Of a stretch of DNA of 64,000 nucleotides, positions 25,259 through 35,464 are shown in pieces. Under the pieces are notes generated by a model. The model saw nothing but the letters and a program-made list of their open reading frames with translations, was not told where the DNA came from and made no database searches. Within the stretch, counting starts at the first letter, position 1; every line of letters begins with the position of its first letter. The DNA comes from Setoptus koraiensis. Its lineage: Eukaryota > Animalia > Arthropoda. A program made the translations under genes and the position numbers. Location of the stretch: the NCBI GenBank assembly GCA_048013815.1, contig CM106586.1:11098001-11162000 (forward strand), read 5' to 3'.

Positions 25259-25369
25259 AATTCAATGATTGGAGCGAATTACTTAATCACACAATTATTA
25301 TCTCAATAGTTGCCGGGGCAAACTTAACAGCGACACGACGATGAGCAGCAACGACAGGTAGTCGTTGTT

Positions 25370-25400
<31 letters not shown>

Positions 25401-25941
25401 TGAATTCAAACGAAAAGCAGTGCTGAGTCACAATTTGCAAAAATAAAAGAAATCGCTTACAACACTGTACACTGTGGCGCGATACAGGTGAGCATTGTTG
25501 AGCGTTGCAGCATTTGAAAAGTCGCTGCAACTCACGCAGCACGCGCACTTGTTGGATGATCTTGTCAGCGATCGTTGCTCTCTCGTTGCTCTCACAGGTA
25601 CAGCCTGTAAATGTGTTGTGTCAACTTGACGCTGTTGGGCTACCCTTTTACCACAAGCTTATTATGCCAGACAAACGTGTGTTATCGCACTCCCATGAAC
25701 TTACCATGAGCCATGAAATTATTATTATCGTTGGCGGCTCAGACAGCTTCATGTTACTCACTACCTGTATTTATCCTGATATGTGTATGTGTGGCTGCCG
25801 TCATCATGACTATGGTTGACGTACGACTTTGTCAGGCATCCAGCTTTTGCGCTCCGAGGCAATGTAATGAGTTTTTTCCATTGACTCTCACACTCGCCTG
25901 CCCGCCATGTAGACGGGCTGCCGATGCAACAGGTAGAGACA

Positions 25942-25989
25942 GCAGCCTCGCATTGGGCAGCCTCGCATTGGGCAGCCTCACATTAGGCA
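25942..25989. repeat. 15-bp tandem repeat x3 (gcagcctcgcattgg)
   Basis: Two perfect units and one degenerate unit. Confidence 0.85.
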
Positions 25990-26574
25990 CCAGGGCAGCT
26001 GAGGCAGTGGGCAGGTGACGGGCACACTTGGGCAGGCTTTTTGATTCTTTTTCGAGCGCGGGCCTCGAAGACTCTTCGATGAAGAGCTGACACAGGCGCT
26101 TGTTTATTGATATTCGTTGATAGTTGGCCATGGCGCGATATCATGATGGCAAGAAGAGAGGGCCCGACAACACTCATTCGAGGCTATCTTCGAACGAGTG
26201 CAGCACAAGGACATGTCGCAATTAGGGCATCCAAAGAAGCAGAAACGTTCTCTGAGAAATCAGTGTCTTTCATCACTGGTCAAAATTTACTTTCGTCTTA
26301 AACTAGTGCCATGTGCCTCGGCACAAACTGCACAAGTGGCAACTATTCGGGAACGCCGATTTGGTTGCACTCGTCAACAATTATAGAGCACATATTTGCC
26401 ATAGCCAAGTAATTACAAAACGTCGCTACATGTGCAGCTTGTCACTTGTGCTGTGTCACTTGAGATTCCTTGAGCATTTTCTTCTCATCCATTATCTCCC
26501 AGAAGCGCTTTTGACCACATTGAGCTGGCCTCGCTCGAACAGCTTGTTTGCAATGTTATCCACCGCAAGATTGG

Positions 26575-26631
26575 AGACCCACACATGACTCATATCATAT
26601 GAGTCATATGTGGGTCTTATATGATATGAGT
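26575..26631. repeat. 21-bp-arm palindrome (26575-26595 / 26597-26617, 1 mismatch) plus a duplicated arm at 26619-26631
   Basis: agacccacacatgactcatat-c-atatgagtcatatgtgggtct. Segment 26588-26600 also pairs perfectly with 26619-26631. Confidence 0.9.
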
Positions 26632-28616
26632 GTCGCGTATTTTCTGCAAGATCTTGTTTCCGGCAGCTTGAGAGGCAACGTTACCAAGGTTGACACCTTG
26701 CCTGTATCTGGGGCCGGAATATAATGTCTATTCTATTGCACAATCAAGTTGCGATTGCATCCATTGAAGAAGCGTTTTTGACTGGTTGAAAAATATGGGG
26801 ATCAACCTTTCATTGGTTATTCGCATCTTTCGAGGACCGGATAAAGGTGCGAACTGACTGTAAGAAGCAACTTAACCATAGTAAGACGAGACCTGTAACT
26901 CGACGGATGTCCTGGTAGATGGGTACTTCCGACTTTCGGCTTCAAAGCACCCTGGAATACCCTAATGTACCCAATATGCTGAACTGTGGGTCTGCTGGGA
27001 ACGAATAATCTTCGCTCTTCCGGGACTCGAACGGGTATCAGGACACAACACTCTACCCGAAAATACCCAAATTGGGGTATGTTGTCTTTGCGAACGAGCC
27101 ACGGTATAGGACAATAACGACTAAAAATATACTAGAAGACTAGACTAAAATATAAGCCAGACCAAATAAACAAACAGACAAACACCCTCGCACATCCAAC
27201 TCCTAGCCGGGCATTGAGAGATTGCTCCCTGGGAGAGCCCCACGTCTCCCGTTCCTCCCGTTGCCGCACCACTTATGGCCCACAAGTTATGGGTACACCC
27301 TCGGCTTGGCTGTGCATTTTTGTGCGCCCGCCGCGCTCCTGGCGGAGAAAGAAGCAACTGCGTGCGCTTTTGCCAACGGACCATCGAACTGCAATGATTG
27401 GAGGTACCAGGCGGTCGGCCGGCCTGCCAAAAGGATGCTGTCGCCCTATAGGCAAGTGTGTGATGTAGCAAACTTTGAACAGAATGCGCTCGCAAAAGAG
27501 GGAAAACACAATATGGTGACCGCGCCTAATAACACTCTTGGTTGGGGGGGGGGGAGGCGCAACTAGCGCTCTAATGAGCGTAAAAAGTTTTACTGCGACC
27601 ATAACTATTAGTTTAGTGCTGCCGCTGCTGCTGTTGCCGCCGCTGTGAGTGTATGTGCACTGGATTGTGAGCCTGTGTGTGTGTGTGTGTGTGTGCGCAC
27701 TGTAGCAGCTAGAGTCGAGCATGTGTGTGTGGCAATGGCAATGAGTTGCGAAGAAGGGAAAGAAAGTTAAATAGGGACTACGCTCTCTCTTGTAGAGCAC
27801 CAGTAGTGCGAGCAGTAGTACAAAAAAGGGGGCGGCAACACACGACGGAGGTAAGCGAGGGAAATAGCAACAGACTTGAGCCCCTTGCAGCTTATATAAC
27901 GTGGTTGTGCTCCGGTGTACCCTTCTAGATGCCATTGCCCCGTGGCCTCATGAGAGTGTAATTCTGCCATGGGGTGCCTCCATCAAGTTGTTGCATCGCT
28001 GCTGGCCCAGCCACGGCGCCCTCGGCCGTGCTGTTTGAGAGGTGGCTTGCGAATGCCACGAAAGCACAGAGTGTTCGAAAGCGCGCAAATGTGCGCCTGC
28101 AAACACTATCGGACACATATCCGACACACTGACGTTCACGTCATGCGGCCGAAGCCGAGCAGCCGAACGCTCTGTGCCGGCGCGCCGCACACGGCTCCCT
28201 CCGGCCCGAGCATTTGATCAGGGCACCCTATACGTGGATGAGCACCGACAACCTCTCTCACAGTGCCAGGCTGCTGCTTCGTTGTGTTACACTATATAAT
28301 CAGCTTTAATTTGAGCCATCATCACGCACACATGCACGACGTACGGCCGCCTATAGGAGCCGTGCAAATGCGGCCAGCGGCAAATGCTGGTGCGGTGCGG
28401 TGCGGTGCGGCGTGGTGCTTGTAAGCTCGAGTTAACGCACATATAGGCTGTATGAGCCGGGCACAATTGGCCAGTGTGCGGCACAAAAGCACAGAGCGTG
28501 AAGTCTGATGTCGGTTACCGGCGGGTCGCGTACATGGCAGCCTGCTCAGTGTGCGGTTGATCAGTACACGATAATCGAAGCAGTGTGTGCGCTGATACAC
28601 AAAATGTGCCTACCTA

Positions 28617-28685
28617 GCACGCGCTATGCATTGTAGAAAATGCACCGTGGACACGACAGCGTGGCTTCCACAGTGCCGTGCGAGC
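28617..28685 (+). ncRNA. Candidate divergent miR-33 family precursor
   Basis: The 5p arm aTGCATTGTAG carries the miR-33 seed and nt 2-11. The 3p arm contains TTCCACAGTGC, as recalled for vertebrate miR-33a-3p, with the same A-C mismatch. Basal stem gcacgcgc/gtgcgagc. The 3' half of the mature arm is diverged. Confidence 0.5.
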
Positions 28686-29517
28686 GACTTGATCTTTACA
28701 GCCTATAGATTCGATTTTTCTACAGTATTTCTCAGTACGTCAGTCAGTGCGAGCAAAGTGTGCATACGTTGATTTTTGCTGCTTTACACACTGGATGCCA
28801 TTCGGTGCACATGCTGTGCAGTGCACACAAGCACAGAAGGTACAACGGCTGTTTGCGTGCACCGTGTTGCAGGTCACACTCAACAGCAGCATTTGGCCTG
28901 CTGCTGCAAGCACAAAAGCACACCAGTTTACACTGTGTGCGTATAGGGTGCACTTTTGAAGGTGCTCAGGACAAACAGTGCAAGTTGTACAAGTTTCCCG
29001 TATCACCGTGTACATGTATGGGTGCATAGTGTGCAGTCTGTTTGTACAGTAGGCTTGTGTGGCGCAAGCAGCACTGTGAGAGTGAGTGCATCTCTGTCCG
29101 TGCGTCCTATGGCGTGCCTTTGCAGCGTATGTGTGTGCGTGCCTAAATGTGCGCTCGAATGATCGCTAGTGCACACTAATCTGCCTGCCTGGCTGGCTGG
29201 CTGGCTGGCTGACTGACTGACTGCTGTATAATGTTGTTGCTGCCCCCTCCCCCCCGCGCTCGCTGTGTCTCTCTCTCCTCCCTGATGTCGCTTTAGTTCG
29301 CTAGCTGCATTCATTCCTTTCTATTCATCTCAATTCGCCGAAGATTATTCTTCTTTCTTCTCATTCTTCTTGCATTGCTCCTCTACCACTGCACATCAAT
29401 GCTATAGCACTGCACAAGCCTCCACTGTTGCTGCGGCTGCTTCCTCAACACCGCCGCTGCTGCTGCTATGCGAGTTATATGTCTGCACATTGTCTGCAGT
29501 GTGCAAGTTTACGAGCT

Positions 29518-29526
29518 TGGGTGAGT
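29518..29526 (+). other. Consensus splice donor TGG|GTGAGT, probably ending a non-coding first exon of the ZSWIM gene
   Basis: Strong donor match, 1.3 kb upstream of the ZSWIM ATG, at the GC-rich to AT-rich transition. The acceptor was not identified. Confidence 0.4.
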
Positions 29527-30823
29527 GTTAGTGTAAGCGTTAGTGTGTGTATGTGAGCAAGACAATGTAATATATTCATCGTCGTCAAGCAATGGGGATT
29601 CAATAAATATATACTATAGCTCAAACATATATTTATATATTATGTCTAGCTAATCATAGATATATATACACTACACACATTATATATATATATATATCGA
29701 AATATATATATATATATAGAAATATAATTACTTCCACCACAACATCCAGCAGCCACAAGATCTTCCAAAATCATCATCAGCCAACAACAATTCCAAATAC
29801 CAAGCCAATTCATTATTACACTCACACAAACTCTCATACACACATCAACAGCAACTCAGACAGCCACACCGACAGGCAATATGATAGACCAAATCCAATT
29901 AGAGAACGAATCAAATGCGATAATAATAATAAATTTTCATGAGAAAGAAAGAAAAAACAAAATTCCTTGATAATTGATAAATAATCATTTATATTATTAA
30001 TACTATCAATCGATATATGCAGACATATCATTGAATAATAAGAGCATACATACATATTAATAAAATATATGTATTTCGTGTGTGTCAATGTATATATAAC
30101 GTAAAATAGATTAATATTATTACTGAGGCCAAGGTGGATAAAGAGAGAGGCCTGATAAAACAACGACCCACCTGACAACCAAATACAAAACTAATATCAT
30201 TTGAGAAAAAGGCAACACCATCGTTTATGTAGAGGAATAGTTCTTTCTATCTACTTTATTTCACTTTTCTTCAATTCAAATGATAGTAGCAACATATATA
30301 TGCAAACAACTATAGCAAGTCAACATAACATAAATTATTATAACCAATAATAATACTAATAAGAATAATAATAATTAACAAAATTATTACAATAATAACG
30401 AACTAATAATCCCGATAATACTCAAATACACCCTCAAGTTATACATACCTCAATTCAGGCAGGCACACATACGTAGACGCTGAATTTACCTTGTATACCA
30501 AATATTAGTTCAATTATTATTATTAAACTATTTATGAATAGATAGGTTTCACATAGAACGACATCTTTAGGTCACATTCGCACAATAACATCAACTGTAA
30601 CACTCGTAATAGTATTAATACTGAAAATAAATTTCAACTGTAGTGGTATATTGATATCTATAGTGTGACAGCAACAACTGCAACTTAAGACGTGGTACAA
30701 ATATGATTTAGTAATGTAATTAGAAGTAACGACAAATGCAAGCTAATATATTACAAAAAACATACATCATCTATCGAACATATTATTACTATTCATTAGA
30801 AAATAATAATATCACCATTAATT

Positions 30824-33800
30824 ATGCACGTGGACGTTTGCCAGTCAGGCAATGGCACAAACCCCAACTCAAATCGTCATCGTCAACAGTATCAGTATAA
30901 TACAATACAACCACCGGTGGCAACATCACAACCTCCACTACCTAACCACCATGTGACACATGGTCAAAACAATGGCGGCCCTAGTGGTAATGGTGCCGCT
31001 AATTCACAACCACACCAACCTCTTCTAGCGCTTCACCAAAACTTCAACCAGCTATTGTCTCCGTTTCACAATCATCACCATCATCCCCATCTACCTCACC
31101 ACCACCACCATCATCACCATCATCCCCATCACCACCACCATAGGAGGAACCTTGGTGGTACGGATCAAACAAATTCGTCCACATCGAGCTCTGTTGCACA
31201 AAATAATCCGAATAAACAACACAAGAGCAGGCACCATCAACCAGTTTTCCAGCCAGATACACTACTAGATTTGAGCGCCAGAATTGTTGCCTTGAACATA
31301 CCCTTTCAAACAATAGAAGAGAAATATGAGAGGATACCAGAACCTGTACAAAGAAAAATTATCTTCTGGTCATTCCCTAGGAATGAAGATGACATTAAAA
31401 TGTACTCATCTTTGTCCAGTGAGTCTTCCTCTACGTCCAATTCGATTGGTAACAATTCCACCGCAACTACAACCACCACCTCCAACAACAATATTAACAA
31501 CAATAGTAATAGTAGCACTAACAACAATAATGCAAATTCACCTGTTATTCACAATAACAATGAGGCCTCTAACCAAAATTCAAACAATAGTAACTCTGGC
31601 AACAATGGCAATAATAATTCAACCAATAGACAAACCAACCAACAGCGCCTACCATTCTATAAGGGTCTAAAACTTTGCGAAAATGGAAGCGTCTTTGATG
31701 TCCTCCAGGTAGGATTCCACCTCAGTGGATGTATTAATCTTAAGACATACGGGTCATCTAGACATGGAGCAAACAGGAGTAACTTCACTAGTTTGAATTC
31801 TGCGAGCGGGAACAGTAATCAAACCAGCAACTCAAGCACAGGTTCTGAAAGTCAGAATGATCTCTTCGTGAAAAGTTATCGTGTATCCGTTACTTTTGAT
31901 CGATGCAAAATTATCTCTGTTTCCTGCACATGCGATTCGAGGGACATTTTTTGGTGCGAACATGTGGTAGCACTGATAATTTACAGAATTCGCAACCCAA
32001 AATCTATTGATCTCAGGGTTCCTATATCGGAGACTCTACTACAACTTGACAGACAACAGTTGCAGAAGCTGTTACAGTATATCATAGCAGAACATCACGC
32101 TGAGGTTATACCAACTGCACAGAGGCTTGCAGATGAAATCAGCCAGTCTGTATCCACCATCAACAAGATACAAGGTGCCCCTGATCCCACAGCCGGAGCA
32201 GGTGCTGATGACGAGCACATATGGCATCTGGATGAAAATCAAGTTAGTGAGAGGGTACGCTCTTATCTAAACTCCATCAATTCCAACTCCAAGGATACTG
32301 CTAAGCATATCAATGATATAATTGCATTGTTTGACAAAGTCAAAGAAATGTTAAGGGCCAAGGACTCGAATGGGCCAAGGATGCTTAGACTTATTACCGA
32401 ACAATTCCTCAACGGAAGTACGCGGAACGATAAGTGTAGACCTCTTTGGGATCAACTTGTTTCGCTTTGGGTTGTTGTCATATTGAATCCTCACAGTGAT
32501 CAGTCGGAGAGAAAGAAGTTCAAAAACTTACTCATCGATTGGTCTCATTTACCCAAATGTCCACAAGAGGATGTTGAATTTCGTTCTACAACCAATTATA
32601 GTACTGGAGTAAAAAGGAAAGCGTCGGAGTTGTCGGATGACGAGGATGCGGACGAAAGCATATACATGAACTGTCCATACTATGCTACTTTCAATCACAA
32701 TAATAACTTTCCTGCTCACATGTCCACCCACAATCATCGCTCCTCCTCTAATCCAGGCAATTACCTGATGCGTTCTTATCAGAACCACATGCTACCTCCA
32801 TCGTTCCCGCATTATTTGTACCCTCACTTACTTCAGATGGCACCCAATTGTGACAATTCCTTTTGTGGCTATCATCCAGGTTTCTCAAAAAATAGAGATT
32901 GTCATCATCATACTCATCATGATCCCACCTACACATCATATGCCAAATCACGCTTGCCACCATACAATTTATCGTGCAACCATCCTGGGAGACTTCCGTC
33001 TTACAATCCATCATTCCGATCCAATAACGTCCCTAGATCGGATGCAGCTCCATACTCGGGTCTACACAACCAGCCAAGATCCGCAAATTCTAGTAACTCT
33101 GGAAACCCTCCTCCTGCAGAGATTCACTCAGGGCCTAAAACTATTTTTCAAAGAGCTATCGATGTGAGCGATTTATCTTGGAACGATCCTCATTTAAGAT
33201 TGATATTAGAAAGTGACGAACCATCGGAACCAGATACTTATAAAATGCACTTGTTCGATTACAGAGGTTATCCACTTTGGCTTGAGCCTGTACCTGTTGC
33301 TTGTGCTCGTGTGGAGGCATTAAAATCTCATGGGTACAAGCAGCAATCTCTTAGACTGGCAGTTTCGATTGTAAGAACATTGAAACGTCATCAAGAGCAT
33401 TGGGAAGTTTGCGGCGGAAACTGCAACTCGGCTCTCGGTGAGTCGATAATGTGCAATTTAGAAGGCTGGCTAGGACATCCTTTTGATCCAATTGGTTCTC
33501 TATTTGATACACTCGTGGAAGCTTCAAGAACTTCTAACAAGGAGATCTCTGAACCTTGTTGCGATACGACAAGATGCTCTTGTATGTTTGGATTGAATAT
33601 GCCACATCCATTTGCTAGCCTTCAGGGAGCTCTGATGTTCCCTGACTTGTCTTCAACCTTTGATCATTATCCGCATCCATTCGATTTACCCAACTTTTCT
33701 ACAAGCTCAACTACGCAGTCAAGTTCTACCTCTGGCAGACGTCTTCTGAATCCTCCATCAAGTACGCTTAAAAACTCACAATATTATCATGTCCCAGTAC

Positions 33801-35464
33801 CCGGATGTCGTTATCAAAAAGATAGTTATCTCACACTCGCTATAGATGCCGCTTTGATAGCCTTGGGCCAACATCGGGCCATGCCATCAAATGGTGGAGC
33901 ACACGAGAAAGCGATAAGGCAAGAGAAAAATCTCATAACTAAACTTCAAGAGATTGAAGTTGAAACTGATCCCATCTTGACCGATGTTCTGAAACGACAG
34001 GTCGGTTTCATCCTTAATGGAGGACCGTACGCTAGCTCTTGCTGTAGCCCCATTACGGATCCTGCACCTCTTCATAAATATGCGCTTTACCTGTTCAACA
34101 CTTTGATTGGAAAAGATCCCAGACTTGCTTATCAGGTTGGAATATATGCACTGAAGATACCGGTACCGGCCGAAGATAATAACAATGAAGTTTTCGTCAA
34201 TGGTAATATGAACAATGGCCAGCTACCCCTTGTACAGCGTTCAATTAACTATGCTCATATACAGGCAGAACAACTAGCTTTAGCTGAGGGTATGCTCAAA
34301 ACTGCTAAAGATGATCGACCGAACAATTGTCTGAAAGACGTTTACGATGCCGCAATCGAAAACATTAGGATTCCAGCAAATCTATTCAAGCTGGCCAAAG
34401 CAGCTTCCAGCGCTGCTGTGCAATGTAACCCTGCAAGCAAATACCCGTCATTACAGAAGACATCATTCAAATTAGGCCAGCACGTACTGAAGATGACCAT
34501 GGCACCAACAGCAGCCAACGCTAAGACTAGACGCGATGTATTACAATCTATTGTCAAATGGGCCGTCGCATTGGGCTTTGAGGATACAATAAAATTTTTA
34601 CATTCGTGGCCTGATTATCTAGTGGCTCATGAGGCTGTTACTATGGTATCCAAGGAGCCTTTCACAACCCAAACTCAAATGCATCTCTCTCGAGAACAAC
34701 GACTCATGTTAGACAGCAAGATCAGAGATCTAGCTGTTGAGTGCGTGGAAAGAGACCCCTCTCAATGCGCCTTAGATGCCTTGAAATTGTGTGAACATGA
34801 CAAGACTAAATTTCAACAGGCATACAACCTCGTTATCGAGGCCGGAAAGAATAAAGAAATGGGCTCTGCTCAATTAATAGCAGTTGCAAGTTACCTGGAT
34901 AAGAAGCAACAGACACCGGAGGCTTACGAGATCGCATTAGTAGCAATAGAAAGTATGGTGATACCGTTCAATGTCGACAGTAGCGCCTCTTTCAGCGAAA
35001 TAGACACCACATGCGAGCTCGCTAGATCTATGGACGGTTTTGATAAGCTTATACCTATTCTGATAAACAATGTTCATTGTGCTCCAGTGCTGTCAGAAAT
35101 TTACAAGAGGTACAGGCCTGTTGCTGTTGATCTGAATTCTATCTACAATGGCGATGGGCATCATCAACCCGCCGATTACAGACGTAGATGTCTCACTAAT
35201 AAATATCATGCTGAGCAGAAATTATGGGAAACACTATTGCAGGCAGCTATACGGGCATATGGTCATACAACACAGACAAGATTGGAAAATATATCCCCAA
35301 GGCATTATGCAGAGTTTATCGACTTTTTGGATAAAGCACGACATACTTTTCTCTATGCACATGATGGTCTCGGAAGATTCATGTCTCTCATTCAAGGTAT
35401 CAAGAAGAATTACAAGACAAAAAAGAAGCTTATGGAAAGATTGAAGAATCGCTTTGATATTTAA
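30824..35464 (+). CDS. ZSWIM6: ZSWIM4/5/6-subfamily SWIM zinc-finger protein (BC-box/cullin-box type), intronless, 1546 aa
   Basis: PDTLLDLSARIVA...ERIPEPVQRKIIFWSFPR; SWIM finger FDRCKIISVSCTCDSRDIFWCEHVVAL; GAPDPTAGA; C-terminal ISPRHYAEFIDFL...KKKLM. These match ZSWIM5/6 as recalled rather than ZSWIM8. The symbol marks the subfamily only. Confidence 0.9.
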   Translation: MHVDVCQSGNGTNPNSNRHRQQYQYNTIQPPVATSQPPLPNHHVTHGQNNGGPSGNGAANSQPHQPLLALHQNFNQLLSPFHNHHHHPHLPHHHHHHHHHPHHHHHRRNLGGTDQTNSSTSSSVAQNNPNKQHKSRHHQPVFQPDTLLDLSARIVALNIPFQTIEEKYERIPEPVQRKIIFWSFPRNEDDIKMYSSLSSESSSTSNSIGNNSTATTTTTSNNNINNNSNSSTNNNNANSPVIHNNNEASNQNSNNSNSGNNGNNNSTNRQTNQQRLPFYKGLKLCENGSVFDVLQVGFHLSGCINLKTYGSSRHGANRSNFTSLNSASGNSNQTSNSSTGSESQNDLFVKSYRVSVTFDRCKIISVSCTCDSRDIFWCEHVVALIIYRIRNPKSIDLRVPISETLLQLDRQQLQKLLQYIIAEHHAEVIPTAQRLADEISQSVSTINKIQGAPDPTAGAGADDEHIWHLDENQVSERVRSYLNSINSNSKDTAKHINDIIALFDKVKEMLRAKDSNGPRMLRLITEQFLNGSTRNDKCRPLWDQLVSLWVVVILNPHSDQSERKKFKNLLIDWSHLPKCPQEDVEFRSTTNYSTGVKRKASELSDDEDADESIYMNCPYYATFNHNNNFPAHMSTHNHRSSSNPGNYLMRSYQNHMLPPSFPHYLYPHLLQMAPNCDNSFCGYHPGFSKNRDCHHHTHHDPTYTSYAKSRLPPYNLSCNHPGRLPSYNPSFRSNNVPRSDAAPYSGLHNQPRSANSSNSGNPPPAEIHSGPKTIFQRAIDVSDLSWNDPHLRLILESDEPSEPDTYKMHLFDYRGYPLWLEPVPVACARVEALKSHGYKQQSLRLAVSIVRTLKRHQEHWEVCGGNCNSALGESIMCNLEGWLGHPFDPIGSLFDTLVEASRTSNKEISEPCCDTTRCSCMFGLNMPHPFASLQGALMFPDLSSTFDHYPHPFDLPNFSTSSTTQSSSTSGRRLLNPPSSTLKNSQYYHVPVPGCRYQKDSYLTLAIDAALIALGQHRAMPSNGGAHEKAIRQEKNLITKLQEIEVETDPILTDVLKRQVGFILNGGPYASSCCSPITDPAPLHKYALYLFNTLIGKDPRLAYQVGIYALKIPVPAEDNNNEVFVNGNMNNGQLPLVQRSINYAHIQAEQLALAEGMLKTAKDDRPNNCLKDVYDAAIENIRIPANLFKLAKAASSAAVQCNPASKYPSLQKTSFKLGQHVLKMTMAPTAANAKTRRDVLQSIVKWAVALGFEDTIKFLHSWPDYLVAHEAVTMVSKEPFTTQTQMHLSREQRLMLDSKIRDLAVECVERDPSQCALDALKLCEHDKTKFQQAYNLVIEAGKNKEMGSAQLIAVASYLDKKQQTPEAYEIALVAIESMVIPFNVDSSASFSEIDTTCELARSMDGFDKLIPILINNVHCAPVLSEIYKRYRPVAVDLNSIYNGDGHHQPADYRRRCLTNKYHAEQKLWETLLQAAIRAYGHTTQTRLENISPRHYAEFIDFLDKARHTFLYAHDGLGRFMSLIQGIKKNYKTKKKLMERLKNRFDI

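Noticed and set aside
24793-25309. Opposed 155-aa and 164-aa ORFs as real genes
   Set aside because: No homology recognised. The shared IGYGDK peptide is a by-product of the inverted repeat, and the hydrophobic stretch alone is insufficient evidence.
30824-35464. ZSWIM8/Dora (target-directed miRNA degradation ligase) next to miRNA genes
   Set aside because: Diagnostic motifs (ERIPEPVQR, FDRCKI, ISPRHY) match ZSWIM4/5/6 as recalled, so no miRNA-decay link is supported.
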